This document shows positions 1 to 13,558 of a stretch of 64,000 nt of DNA, piece after piece. Source of the stretch: Octopus sinensis (Eukaryota). The notes under the pieces were generated by a model that was given only the letters and a program-made list of their open reading frames with translations, did not search any database and was not told the DNA's origin. Every line of letters starts with the position of its first letter. Within the stretch, counting starts at the first letter, position 1. The stretch is taken from positions 59,644,001-59,708,000 of the forward strand of contig NC_043005.1 in the NCBI RefSeq assembly GCF_006345805.1. The letters are read 5' to 3'. The position numbers and the translations under genes were made by a program.

Positions 1-104
1 CGATCGTAAAGGAAGGGGATGACCTTTACCCCAAAGTATCCTTACGGATGCTCTAACGATTGCTTTATAATTATCCCCATTTCTGTTTTGATACGTACAT
101 GTAT

Positions 105-292
105 TCTTTTATTCTTTTATTCTTTTATTTGTTACAGTCATTTCAATGCAGCCATGCTGGAGCACCGCCTTTAGTTGAGTAAAGTCGACCTCGGCGGAAT
201 TTGAACTCAGAACGTAGCGGCAGACGAAATACCACTAAGCATTTCACCCGGCGTGCTAACGATTCTGCCAGTTCGCCGCCTTTTAATTTCTA
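105..292 (-). mobile_element. Chimeric or internally deleted tRNA-derived SINE (family B head joined to family A 3' tail)
   Basis: 181-292 is the reverse complement of the family B head seen at 3431 (aaggcggcgagctggcagaa...gttctgagttcaaattccgccgaggtcgac). 105-180 is the reverse complement of the family A tail seen at ~61600-61660 (aaggcggtgctccagcatgg...). Confidence 0.8.
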
Positions 293-439
293 CTCATTCA
301 ATCGACCCCAAAATGATGAAATGTATTTGAACTCCGAACGTAAACATAGACGAATCGCCGAAATGCCAGTTCACCGCATTAACCAAATTATAATAATGGT
401 TTTTAAAATTTGACAAAAGGCCACCAATTTCGGAATAGT

Positions 440-615
440 GGGTAAGCCATTAACATCGGCCTCACTGCTCCAATGGCACTTATTTCATCGAGTTCGAAAG
501 GATGAAATGCAATGTCGAATTTGGCAGAATTTGAACTCAGAAATTAAAAGTGGACTAAATGCCGCAAAGCATAATTTTCCAGCGTGCTAACGATACTGCT
601 TGCTCACCACCTGCA
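440..615 (-). mobile_element. Degenerate family B SINE
   Basis: Diverged match to the head and central block (gaaaggatgaaa...gaatttgaactcagaa...gtgctaacgat). Confidence 0.6.
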
Positions 616-1182
616 ACAAATTTTAATGATGATAATCATGAAAATAAAAATGATGTAGAAGAAATGAAAATAAAGAATAATCGCCGTATGTTAACTAAAA
701 GGACCTTAGTTATCATATTATATCAGTGTTCTCATCTACGCCGGCCACTTACCCAACACAATCATGACTACTGACAACGTTAGCCAATGAAATGTATCGG
801 TATTATCATCAATACGATCAAACTGTTCTCCTATCATACCCAATATATCCGGGCCCCTCACGAATTATGCATCCACCCTCTATTCATAACTACCTAACAA
901 ACGAACATAACAACCATTCTCCTAGTGGTGTATCTTACACTTTTCTACCTTGGTTCAGTGAACGACGTGCAATGCATAAATAAATCATACGGTCATTTAA
1001 CACGGATAAACCGGTAGCAATCAAACTGCGTCATTGGAAAGAAAAAAATATGGCGTACAATAATTTATAAAATTTGCCTCTAATTTCTTTGACGCTGTTA
1101 GACAGCAATGCCCACCACACACATATGTACATATATTATGTAAATATATAGGCACTTAAAATATTATATACATATATACATG

Positions 1183-1272
<90 letters not shown>

Positions 1273-1273
<1 letters not shown>

Positions 1274-1510
1274 TTTATTTAAAGCACCAGAAAATTCAAC
1301 AATTTTGTTGAATTTTCTGCTGCTTTAAATAAAGCATATTACTCTCCCACTGGTATTTGAGTACTCATTTTCCCACCTTGTTTCACATTTATGTGTTTAC
1401 TCCGGTATATATATACACTTTGGCTTTTTGCTGAATTTTTTCTTGAGAACACATTCTTCGTGGAAGATGACGATTTTGACGTCTATTTCTAGCATACAGG
1501 CTGTCTACTG
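1273..1510. mobile_element. Repeat fragment starting with a 62-bp palindrome; possible Penelope-like inverted junction
   Basis: 1273-1334 is a ~30-bp inverted repeat with one mismatch, directly after an (AT)n tract. The Penelope assignment is inference. Confidence 0.4.
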
Positions 1511-2106
1511 TTAGTGATCAGTCCTCTAAATTTTGCATGTATAAAATTTCTACCCTTATTTAATTTTATTTATACATATATATATATATACACACACACA
1601 TATATATATCGACACACTCGCACGCATATATATGTATATATATATATATACACACGCTTATATATACACACATACATACACATGTTTGTATACGATCCGT
1701 GTATATATATATGTATTATGTATGCATATATATTTGTGTGCGTGTGTGTGTTTGCATTTATATATAAATGTGTGCGTGTGTGTGTATATATGTATGCATG
1801 TATGTGTGTTTGAGGAGGTACTGTTTCTGTGTATAAAGTGCGTGATAAATAAGAGAATGCACGCCGTGTACGCAGTCACAGGGTCAGATATATATTTGCG
1901 TCCACGTTATACAGAGAACCATGGGGCCATACATTCCATGTATATTTTTCAGCGAAATTTCCGGTTACCATCACAGACTTACAAACAATAACATACACAA
2001 ACAGATACAGACAAGCGTGCATGCCTAAATTAATACATCTGTTTGTTGTTTACACACCTGTCTTCGACCTTTGTTTTTGTTGTAAATTTTCACTATTTTA
2101 TATATA

Positions 2107-2179
<73 letters not shown>

Positions 2180-2182
<3 letters not shown>

Positions 2183-2325
2183 GTACCTGTATTTCAAAGA
2201 ATCAGCCTTGTCACATTCTGTGTCTGTGGAGAGCCCAACCACCTGCACGTTAATTTCACGAGGAGGCTGTTCCGTTGATCGGATCAACTACAACCCACTT
2301 CGCCGCAACCGACGGAGTACCACGA
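2180..2325 (+). mobile_element. 3' fragment of family D SINE
   Basis: Reverse-complement match, with an internal deletion, to 14612-14800 (ttaatttcacga..ggctgttccgttgatcggat...accgacggagt). Confidence 0.8.
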
Positions 2326-2679
2326 CAGTTACCTGTATATCATTTGATTATTTAAGTAAATTTAATATTTGTTTAATGTACATTGTTTAATATACATTGT
2401 TTAATGTCTATTTTGTTGGCCGAGGTGAGAACGCTTTGTTCAGAAATAGTCAGTTACCGACACAATTTTTTGAACCAACTCTCCGGAGAATCGATGCTAT
2501 ACCTGTATCGTAAATGCATTGTGTATGTATGTATGTATGTATATGTATGTATGCATGTATATATATATATATATATATACAGAGAGAGAGAGAGAACGAG
2601 AGGGGGAGAGAGAAAATGAGACAGAGTGAGTGAGAAAGAGGACGTACATATGGTCATACCTATAAATATACACGAGCGC

Positions 2680-2738
<59 letters not shown>

Positions 2739-3430
2739 TGTATGTATGTATGTATGCATGAGTGAGTATACGTATATGTATGAGAGTGTATATCTACATA
2801 CATGTATGAGTGTGTATATATGTATGTGTGTGTATGGTTGCTTTTCTGTTTGTATCGCTGCTCGCGTGTTTGTGCGTGTGTGTGTAGTATATATGAACAT
2901 TTGCAACTGATCGGAAATACATGCAAAAATATTCAGCCAAAGTAATCCGTGTCACACGAATATGCATATTATATGCAATAATAGCAGTTTTGCCAATTAA
3001 TATATATATATATATATTATATATATATATTATATTATATATAATATATATATATATATATATAGGTGTATATTCATTGAATCAATACAGAGTGTTCATT
3101 ATTCCAAATTAAAACTAAATTAATGCCATCTATTATACATGGCAATATATTACACACAAATATATTTGGAATTACGAATATTAATTTTAAAATACATATC
3201 GCTTTTACCCTATGCATACACACATATATGTATGTATAAACAGGCTTAAATATATATGTGTTTTGTATGTATAAGAGTGTATGCTGTATGTGCTTTGGGT
3301 TTTGGGGGTTTTTTTGTACACTCATCTATAAAAATGATTTTGGAAGGAAAATTTGAGTGTGGCTGTGAAGTCCGTACATCGAGAGACCTGCCAGATTGAG
3401 GGTTTTTCATTCGCATATTCACAGATATAT

Positions 3431-4215
3431 AAGGCGGCGAGCTGGCAGAAACGTTAGCACGCCGGGCGAAATGCTTAGCAGTATTTGGTCTGCCATTACG
3501 TTCTGAGTTCAAATTCCGCCAAGGTAGACTGTACCTTTCATCCTTTCGGGTTCGATAAGTTAAGTACCATTCTGTATTGATTCAATGAATATACACCTAT
3601 ATATATATATATTAATTACGCACTGCGGTCGATGTAATCCACTTAATCCGTTTGTCTGTTCTTGTTTGTCTTCTCTGTATTTAGCCCCTTGTGGGTAGTA
3701 AAAATATAGGTATTTCTTCTTCCGATACGTTTAGAGTTCAAATTCCGCTGAGGTCGACTTTACCTTTCATCCTTTCGGAGTCGATTAAATAAGTACCGGT
3801 TAAGCACTGAGGTCGATATAATCGGCTTAACCCGTTTGTCTGTCCTTATTTGTACCCTCTGTGTTTAGCCCCTTGTGGGTACTAAAGAAATTGGTACTTC
3901 ATCTGTCGTTATGTTCTAAGTTCAAATTTCGCCAAGGTCGACTTTGCCTTTCAACCTTTGGAGTCGATAAATTAAGTACCAGTTGTGTTCTGTATAAATT
4001 AAGTACCAGTTGTGTTCTGGATAAATTAAGTACCAGTTGTGTTCTGGATAAATTAAGTACCAGTTGTGTTCTGTATAAATTAAGTACCAGTTGTGTTCTG
4101 GATAAATTAAGTACCAGTTGTGTTCTGGATAATGAAGTAACAGTTGCGTGCTGGGGTCGATCTATCCGACTGGTCCCCTCCCCAAATTTTCGCGCCTTAA
4201 GCCTAGAGTAGAAAA
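3431..4215 (+). mobile_element. Multimeric family B SINE cluster (three head/central modules) containing a 27-bp tandem array
   Basis: The module gttc(t/a)(g/a)agttcaaatt(c/t)cgc..aggt.gact.t.cctttca recurs at ~3500, ~3730 and ~3910. Confidence 0.85.
3967..4128 (+). repeat. 27-bp minisatellite x6 (ataaattaagtaccagttgtgttctg(t/g)) derived from SINE interior
   Basis: Units start at 3967, 3994, 4021, 4048, 4075 and 4102, then normal SINE sequence resumes. It explains the DKLSTSCVL repeat ORF. Confidence 0.95.
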
Positions 4216-5375
4216 AATATTCTTAGATGTGTATGACATGACGTTCTCTGTTTATATTGGTGGCATTTCTCCAAATTTGTTAAGATAACTTCAAATAAAT
4301 ATTCAAATTTAGGCCACAGATTATTCGGGCTAATATGTTATGAACTGGTGTAGATGAAGCATCGGAATACAATTCCATGTAATATTTACTTCGTAACCCT
4401 GCAACGTGTGTTCAAATCGCATTGAAGTCATCCCGCACTCTTTCTCGTTTTGTATTCATTAAAACAAATCCCAATGAAAGGTGATGCATCGACCGAACTG
4501 TAAGAATGCCGGATCCTGAATTATTTGTTCCAGATTCGATTTCTTTTCCTTTTCTTTTTGCCTTTTGAGTTCAAACCCTTCGATTACTCGTTGAATGATA
4601 CAGTTGCTTCCTCGTCCAGTTTAACGCCCTTATCTGGCACCTCATACGCCTTTATCAAGATTCACTTTATTGTAAGCATTCAGTTTAGGACTTCGTTTAA
4701 AGTATACCTTCATCCTCCACTTCCAAAGATAGCAGAGACCTCGTAAATGATCATAAGCACTACTTTCGCGCCAGACTACAATTGTATCCTATAAATCGCG
4801 CCTCAGTATTTGGCTATGTATAAAAGGGTATACTAACAGAGCCGATAGAGAGTTTGATAACGTACCTTACTATATGTTTTTCCCTCTCTCTATGCTATTC
4901 CAGTGCACATGTGACCCAAGATAGATTTTGTCTTTTATCATTCGGGTTTACAAATAAATAACAGTCCAGTACTGTCGTCGAAACTTTAGAAGTGTAAATA
5001 AACCCCGCCGCATCTCTTTGTTAATCGCATATTTCTAGATTCAGACCTAGAAAAGGACGTGCTACGGTTTGTTTCAAATGACAAAAGCACACTGTATGAT
5101 ACGACTACAACCCTAAGACACCACCACGTTTCGAGAGACCAAACGTTCCGGAATCAACAAAATAAACTACGAGAAAATGGCGTAGTATCTTAACCTGGAA
5201 ATCCCTTTCAGCCTATCAAGTCTTGCGTTTTAACGAAAAACATGCATGCTTGCACAGATAATATATACATACAAAAATATATATATATCGATATACACAT
5301 ACATACAAATATACAAACATATCCACAAACACGGGCGCGTGCGCAAACTCAACATATATGCATTTGTGTGTACGT

Positions 5376-5540
5376 TAGCTGTTTCGGATTGTAGCTTTCT
5401 TACGAACCACATGGTTCCGGGTTCAGTCCCACTGCATGGCACCTTGGGAAAGTGTCTTCTACTCTAGCATTGGGCCAACCAAAGCCCTTGTGAGTGGATT
5501 TAGTAGACGGAAAATGAAAGAAGCCCGTCGTGTATATATG
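5376..5540 (+). mobile_element. Family A SINE 5' half
   Basis: B-box ggttcagtccc followed by gcaccttgggaaagtgtcttctact...ccaaagcccttgtgagtggattt...gaaagaagcccgtcgt; matches 61259-61410. Confidence 0.85.
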
Positions 5541-5542
5541 TA

Positions 5543-6953
5543 TCCATCCGTCCCCCCCCCCTTTCTACGTTTCTCTATCTCTCTCACCTCCAGCCCCCTC
5601 GATCTGTCTCTTTCTTCTCCTCCCTCGTCCACCTTCTCTCCTTTTTCTGTCCCTTCTCCTGTTTGTTCTCACGTGACAGCTAGCCGCTGGTGAGCGCTCT
5701 TTTCGTTTTCAGCAGCCTCAGAAGCAACACGTATTTGTTCGTCTCCCCGTGGCCTTTAGGCACAACTTCACAAGCCAGCCCCTACTCAAATCGTCCTGTC
5801 GAAAGACCCTTGTCCTACGTCCTGGTTTTGTTTTGTTGTTTTTTTTTTATTTACCGTATTGTTTTTACGTTTTTGTATTCTTATGGTGTCACGTATTATC
5901 TGTATTTTGTTTGTGTACTTCGATCGTTTTCCGTCCTTTCGTTGTATACATTCGAAGCTTTCTGCCAGGGGAATCTAATGCGCTTGGCTTAGATTTCCCT
6001 GGCGGGCTGGCCATATCGGAGCAATCTCAAGATTAATCAGCCGAAATTGCTAAGATGATCTGTTCTTGACTGATGACTGAGGGGCTTCGAATGTCCCGTC
6101 CTGTGGTTCTTTGTTCGTCTCTGTGGTGTTCATGTTCTTGTCCATGTCTGTATTTAATTTTACTGTTTACCTATATAATCGGCGGCTACGTATCCACAAT
6201 GTCCTTATACGATAAGTATATTTTTTCTCAAGCTTTGATAGACTCTTAATCTGTCTCTTTTCTCTCTCTCTCCCTCCTCCTTATTCCACTTCCGTTCTTT
6301 CCCTCTCCATCCGCCCCCCCCCATTTTTCTTACGTTTCTCTATCTCTCTCACCTCCAGCCCCCCGATCTGTCTCTTTCTTCTCCTCCCTCGTCCACCTTC
6401 TCTCCCTTTTCATCTGTCCCTTTCTCCTGTCTTTGTTCTCACGTGACAGCTAGCCGCTGTTGAGCGCTCTTTTCGTTTTCAGCAGCCTCAGAAGCAACAA
6501 GGATTTGTTCGCTCCCGTGGCCTTTAGGCACAACTTCACAAGCCAGCCCCTACTCAAATCGTCCTGTCGAAAGACCCTTGTCCTACGTCCTGGTTTTGTT
6601 TTGTTGTTTATTATTATTTTTATTTTTACCGTTATTGTTTTTACGTTTTTGTATTCTTATTGGTGTCACGTATTCTGTATTTTGTGTTTGTGTACTTCGA
6701 TCGTTTTCCGTCCTTTCGTTGTATACATTCGAAGCTTTCTTCCAGGGGATCTAATGCGCTTGGCTTAGATTTCCCTTGGCGGGCTGGCCATATCGGAGCA
6801 ATCTCAGATTAATCAGCCGAAATTGCTAAGATGATCTGGTCTTGATGATGACTGAGGGCTTCGAATGTCCCGTCCTGTGGTTCTTGTGTCGTCTGTGGTT
6901 TTTGTTTCATGTCTTGTCCATGTCTGTATTTAATTTTACTGTTTACCTATATA
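5543..6953 (+). repeat. Partial tandem duplication of a ~640-bp repeat unit (5543-6177 and 6306-6953); possibly Penelope-like
   Basis: Two near-identical copies with period ~763 bp, differing mainly by small indels. Both end ...ttttactgtttacctatata. Confidence 0.85.
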
Positions 6954-9410
6954 TATATAATATTACATACACAATACACATAGTACATATATATGTATGT
7001 GTGTGTGAGAGAAAGACAGTGAAAGAGAGAGGGAGTTTAAGATTGATATGTGGTTTAACAGAAATAATTATTTGATGCCTATAATATTAAAATCGTAGAA
7101 TCTGCATCATAATAGATATTTAGATTTCGCCTCTTATCTTCATCAGTACTTTACTTAATTGCTATAACGACGTATTGAAAAGCAAAATATAAGAATTTAC
7201 GACTATGCACAAACACTCACACTCACAGTGGTACACACACACACACACATTATATTATTATTGTTGTATTTATGGGCTTTAAACTGCATTCACCAAGAAA
7301 ATGTTTTATGCAATATACACTCCAGTTTTGTTCCCAGTCTTTCGCTCTCTCGCTGTCTCTCTGCATTGATATGTTAAATATCTTATTACGTCACCTTATA
7401 TGAGGTTCAGAGAAGATATTGACTCAGTTAAGCATGCAGCCCATGTAGATTTTCCCGATTTATATTTAGAAAATTTAGAAGATTTAGAAAATTTATGTCC
7501 CTCACCTTTGATAATTCGGGCTTCACTTTCACTAAAACACTTATAATATGACGTGATAACATGATTTATAAATCAACCTTCCAGGTGTATGTTTTTTATT
7601 ATGGCTATTCCGTAATATCACTGACGATAAAAGCCAGTGATATGAGCCTTGGTCTATAACGTACAAGTTGTGTCAACAGTTTTGCCTTTTGACAAATAGG
7701 CAGGCACGTTGTTATTGGTTATATACCGCCCACTTAAATCGAATTTTATAAGCACGCACTCAGACATAAACCATACACATATTCAATTTCGCACATACAC
7801 GCAAAATTACATGCACACACACGTTCAATCCCACGCATATACACAATCACACATAATATATATATGTGTGTGTGTGAGTATGTGTGTGCGTGCGCGTGTG
7901 TGTTTTTGTGTGTGTGTGCACACACAACATGGTATCATGGCTACAGCCAAATGTGATCAGAAAGTCGACGCGAGATTCATCAGACTCATTTGCCAATAAA
8001 TTTCGGTCCTTCGTTCTGGAAAACAAATCGAGTACTTCTCCTAGACATCTATCCAACATTTTCCTGGAGAGGATTTAACTAAACTTCAAATGGTCGTACA
8101 CTTAATCCTTCAATGTGTGTAACACCAACTCACAATCACAGCTTGTAGATAATTAACATGACCGTTTTTTCTCACCTCATGCATATGTTTACGTGCACAT
8201 GTAGATGAGTGCATATGCATACACCTTTCGGTGACAACGGAAGTTATGAATCTTTGACGCTGGTTTGAAGAAAATATTTGAAGGTAAGGCAATATTCCCG
8301 GCTGATTTCATTCTGCTTCTTTATGTTCTGACAATGATAATGATGACAGTGACCTCAAGCTGCAATCTCCCAAGATGGTGGCCATTCCTTTAGATAAATA
8401 TCAATAGCTTGAAGAGGCAACACTTGCTTGAATGGAGAGTTGCCGTGTTTGAAAAAAATGTACAGTGACCCATGGTGTTTAATTACCAAATGAATGCTTC
8501 ACATCTGAAAGCTCGTGGAAAGAAATTTGTTATTCCTAACAGGCCGTACGACCACATATGTGCTCTTTCATCGATCTCTCCAGTACTATGAGATTTGTAT
8601 TCGTGATAGATGTTTGTATTGGTGCCGTATGTTATATTTTATATTTAACATGATTTACGACATTGACACAACAGAAACACAACGATGGTATCAATTGAAC
8701 GGAACAAGTAATATTTGCTCGAAACAAATATTCTCGATTCAGGAAGGACGAAAGATTAAGTAAACCCGAGCAGAATAAGAATTGAGAAAATAAAGTGATT
8801 CGTGTATATATACATACATACATACATACATACACATATTATAGATATATATATATATATATAATATAGTATAATATATATATATATATACATATATATA
8901 TGTATATATGTATATATATATTATATATATACATATATGTAGGTATGTGTGTGTACATATAGTATATATATATGTCTATATATTATATATAATATATGTA
9001 TGTATAAAAATATATATGCATCTATCTATCTATTTATCTATCTCTCTATCTCTCTCTCACCCCTCCCTCTCTCACTTCCCCCTCTCTCTCTATCTATATA
9101 TATATATATATAGATGCATGTATATTTACCGCCACTGAATTTGTGTATAAAACTATAATGTGTGTATGCATGCACACTATATTGTAAAATGAGTTTCCAT
9201 GACAAAAGGTTATCTCATATATAACAACAAAATATAATAGATTCGAACATAACAATATATAAACGTGCTTGTGTGTCTGTAGACGGAGCTGTGTGAATCT
9301 GCATACTCAGGCTCTGGATGTTCAAATGGCTCATTTTCCAATTGTAAGCTTCCAGCTCTGATTCGTCTCCATTTCACAAAGACACATCACATACTCAAAC
9401 ACATAGACTA

Positions 9411-10500
9411 CGGTGGGCTGAAGAAGGAATGATCCTAGAGCTGTGAAATTGTGTATGCATTAAGTTCAACACGACCCATTAATTACTGCATTGATGAAAG
9501 AAGACTTCAAAACAACCTGGTAGCTACGCCTCTTGAAAATCGACAAAATTTGGCATCCTGATGTTATCAAGTACCTGTAAACAGACGGTGCAGCCACCAA
9601 GAACATTCATGCTGACATGTTTGCTACTTTAACAACAATAATAAAGTGGTCATCTAAATTCAGGAGAGGAAGGGAGAGTATTGAAGTTGACACAAGAACA
9701 GGAAATTGACAATGAATCAAATAGCCAATGTTATTAGTATAATCCATGAGAAAGCTGAGAATATTCTGCATAACTAATTTGGCACGACGAAGGCATCTTC
9801 TCCGGTGGGTGCCACATCATTTGACGCCTGATCACATTACGGGAAAATCTGACGCTGTTTCAGGCAAATCCAACTGGTTCCCTTGCTTGAGCGTTTCCTA
9901 ATCCAGGATAGGTGTTGGTTCCATTATTTTGAGACAGAGATAAAGAGACGATCTATGCAGAGGTAACAGCCCTACTCATCTGCTCAAAAGAAAGCTAAGG
10001 TAGTTTCATCTGCAGCGAAGGGAATGGTCTCAAATTTTTGGGATACAAAGGCACTGTTTATTGTCTACCGTGTAATGAGCCACAACATCAGTGGAGAGTT
10101 CTATGCCAACTTTCTAAGGCAGTTACGATAGGCTGCTAAGAAGGAACACAGAAAAACTGACGAAGGTGACTTGTTGTCAATGACTGACTTGGCTTAAATG
10201 TCTACTGTGTATCTCTGTGACTTTGAACTGGATGATAACCTTCCCGATTCTCCTGATTCGTCCTTGTTTGACTATTATCTGCTCCCCAACGTGAAAGAAC
10301 ATTTGGCTGGGAACCAGTATCGAAGTGAAGATGATGTTTTATCTGCCGTTTATAACTTTTTTGATCAATAGGATGAAAGCGTCTTCACCGACGGCATCCG
10401 TACACTGCAACACCGATGAAAGAATTGTGTTGGGTTCAGGGGCAGGAGGACTTTTGTTGTAAAATAAACGTCATTCCATGAGAATATCTTGGTAGCCAAC
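9411..10500 (+). mobile_element. Decayed mariner transposon (irritans/Hsmar2-like transposase pseudogene)
   Basis: WVPHHLTPDH at 9806; QDRCWFHYFETEIKRRSMQ (cf. DETWVHHYDPETKRQSMEW); KKAKVVSSAAKGMVSNFWDTK; NLPDSPDSSLFDYYLLPNVKEHLAG...HRWKNCV (cf. HPPYSPDLAPSDF). Multiple stops and frameshifts. Confidence 0.9.
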
Positions 10501-11374
10501 CTTCGAACATACGGCAGAAATCAGGAGTTTCCCCTCAGTTTGCTGCCATTCATTTTATTTATCTTTGTATTTTTCTGGCCGATATATAGTTTTTTCTTTA
10601 TTATTTTATAGCTTTGTTTTGCTCGTCACATTTTTTCTCTTTCTTTGTTCTTCCTACTTTTATAATGTTCTCTTTCACTTTGTGTGTCTTGCCTTCATTA
10701 AAAAATCTCTTCACTCATGTGAACACTATGATTCTGGGTCATGCATTTCACCTCAAATATTTATCAATCAGTAACGTTATTCACTTTCAAAATACCACTA
10801 CAAATTCAGCATTTTCATACCACCACTAACACCACCACACACATTAAATTATGCAATACCTTAAACCTACTGATACCACAAAAATCTAAACACACCAGTG
10901 GTTTCTAAGACCAACAAATTCATTGCTGTCTGAGCGCACACATACACTACCTACCGCAACCACCAACAACTACATCCCCCAAATACCCTACAACACCCAC
11001 ACAATGTCTTTCTACGTTGTCACAGCCATGCTGCTCAGGATTATAGAACACAAAACGATGATTGTTTATAGAGAAAACGCATGCTGTCCATTTCGAAATG
11101 ATGCGCTATGTCACTTGCACAGTCTATTGATTTATCGATAATGTCTTGCTGTTTCCATTTGTCTTTTCTTTTCGTGAGAGTAAACACTGCTTCTATCTTC
11201 TTGCACTTGGGCAGATAATATGCTTGCAAACATCACCCTGATTTAGCTTTCGCAGTTTTATTGTTTTTATTTAATATTGAGATACACAGGAGATCAAGAT
11301 ATTTGACTGTTGTATCGAATAGAGAAAGAGAGGTGGTGAATAAATGAAGAGAATGGAAAAAGGAAGAAGGAATT

Positions 11375-11454
<80 letters not shown>

Positions 11455-12812
11455 GTCAATAAGCAGATTAATGCTATAATAAAAGAAAAATAGCAAAAAG
11501 GAAAAATAATTTGTGTTCGCGCCTGAGTGGGAGGGAAGACGGAGATAAATACAGATTAAGTTTGTGGGAGACTGTGCAGTAGACTCAACAAAAAGAAGAA
11601 TTACGCAAAACAAATAGAAACGCAAACAAGTTGTTTTTGTTTTAGCTCGAAGTCAAGCAGAATTATGGCTAAAAGCATTCAAGCCGTTACCACACCGTCT
11701 AATCGTTTGTTTCAGTTATACATTCTAGGTTGTATTATTTAATAAAACCATGTTTGTTTATTCTTTGAGATGGTAGGATGGCATTTGAGCAGCAAATTTG
11801 CCTGTTGTTTCTTGCAGGTCGAATGACTATATAGAGACTCACTTGTCGGCTCCGCACAAATAAGTAGTGTGTTCGTTGGAGGTCAGCCCCGATGTAACAG
11901 ATCTATTTTCAATAAAATTCCATCAGCCACCTCTAACATACCTTTACAGATGTATATTTTGTTCTTATTCAAAACTTTAGGGTACGAGTTTTAGAAGTTT
12001 TAGCTGCTCTTACTTCTAAGAACGAAGCGTTTCCAAGGCCGATTAAGCGATATGCCTAGGTTTACTTGTTAGAAACATATATGGAATATATGATAACATT
12101 CTGGTGAAACATTGCTGTCGAATTTTCTGATGCAACATTGCCGTCGAAATAGTGTTGTATTTTTGATCGAGTAGCATTTTTATAATTGTAGATGAATTTC
12201 TATACATGACGTTTTTCTTTCCTGCTTTGTCATTTGGATTTCAATTTAGCAGATTCTGTTCTCGGTTTGAAAATGTCTAAACTGTATAGTAAAGAACCAG
12301 TACATAATCTAATATTTATTGTATATATTTACAGACGTTCAGATATGTTTTCAAAATTTGCTTGAATTACTACTCTTAGACACTAAATACTACATATCAC
12401 ATTCCATCTTGCATACGACTGATACAGATGAATATGTAGACATATCATGTGCACTTTATCTTTTAGATAAAAACAACTATGTGTAAATGGCTGAGTGGCC
12501 AACCTGATGTATTGAAGCATTTTAATTGTTTCCCCACTCGAATGTAACAAAGTATACTGCTGGGATTACCTTTTATTTTATTGCTCCAAAGCTTTAAAAA
12601 TGGTTACCAATATAATATAGAGTGTATGTGTTTCATTCCGATCTATTAAATTAACCATAGTGTACCTAAGTTAGCGTTTCATATATCCTGTAGCACTTTG
12701 CATCGCAACTGTAATAGTGTGAGACTTTATTTTTCCATGTATTGTATTTAGAGCAGAAATAAGTATAAAAAGAAATTTCGCCATGAAGACAATCACTGAA
12801 AAGGGAAAGAAA

Positions 12813-12848
<36 letters not shown>

Positions 12849-13525
12849 ACGGATTGGGAGAGAGAGAGAGTGAAAGTGAGAAAGAATGTGAAATGAGCGC
12901 AAACAGGAGAGGAAGTAAAATATAAATGAATATAGGGAGACTTATAAAGTATGACAGTTTGTGTGAAGAAGAGAAACTTAAATGAATAATGTTATCTTTG
13001 CATGTATAACTATTTAGATATTTCAAATTATAGTGGTGGAGGAGGCATTCGTTTCGTAACCATATTACAGTGTTGGAACGCGACTAGAGAATTGATTGTC
13101 GCTTAATGCTTCAAGTCACGTATACACTGAAGTCATTTGTTTTAACATTCCATTGTCTCAGTAGATGCATACTTGATCTCTGCAATTTAAGGTTAAGAAA
13201 CATTTTGAGATGGATGTGCATGAATATGAAAGGCTTGGCTCTCAATTTGATGTCAGGTATCCTATTTACTCAACCACCCGAAAACTATATTTGCATTAAC
13301 AATAATTGGCATCCCATTTAAATTTCTAAATATCTTAAATAGCTTTTGGTCCTTACTTTATTTCAACCATCGCTGTTGGCTTCATATGGAGCACTACTTT
13401 CATGCTTTCTAATACAATTATCTTTTTAGAAGAACAAAATCGAGGATATTTTCTCTTAGAGCTTCTTGCAGTCAGGTTTTACTTTGCCTACAAGTTAAAG
13501 GAGAAAAGATAACACTGAGACAGGA

Positions 13526-13558
<33 letters not shown>

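Noticed and set aside
6070-6095. Active hammerhead ribozyme
   Set aside because: GAAU replaces GAAAC, stem II is poor, and the CUGAUGA core is altered in the second copy.
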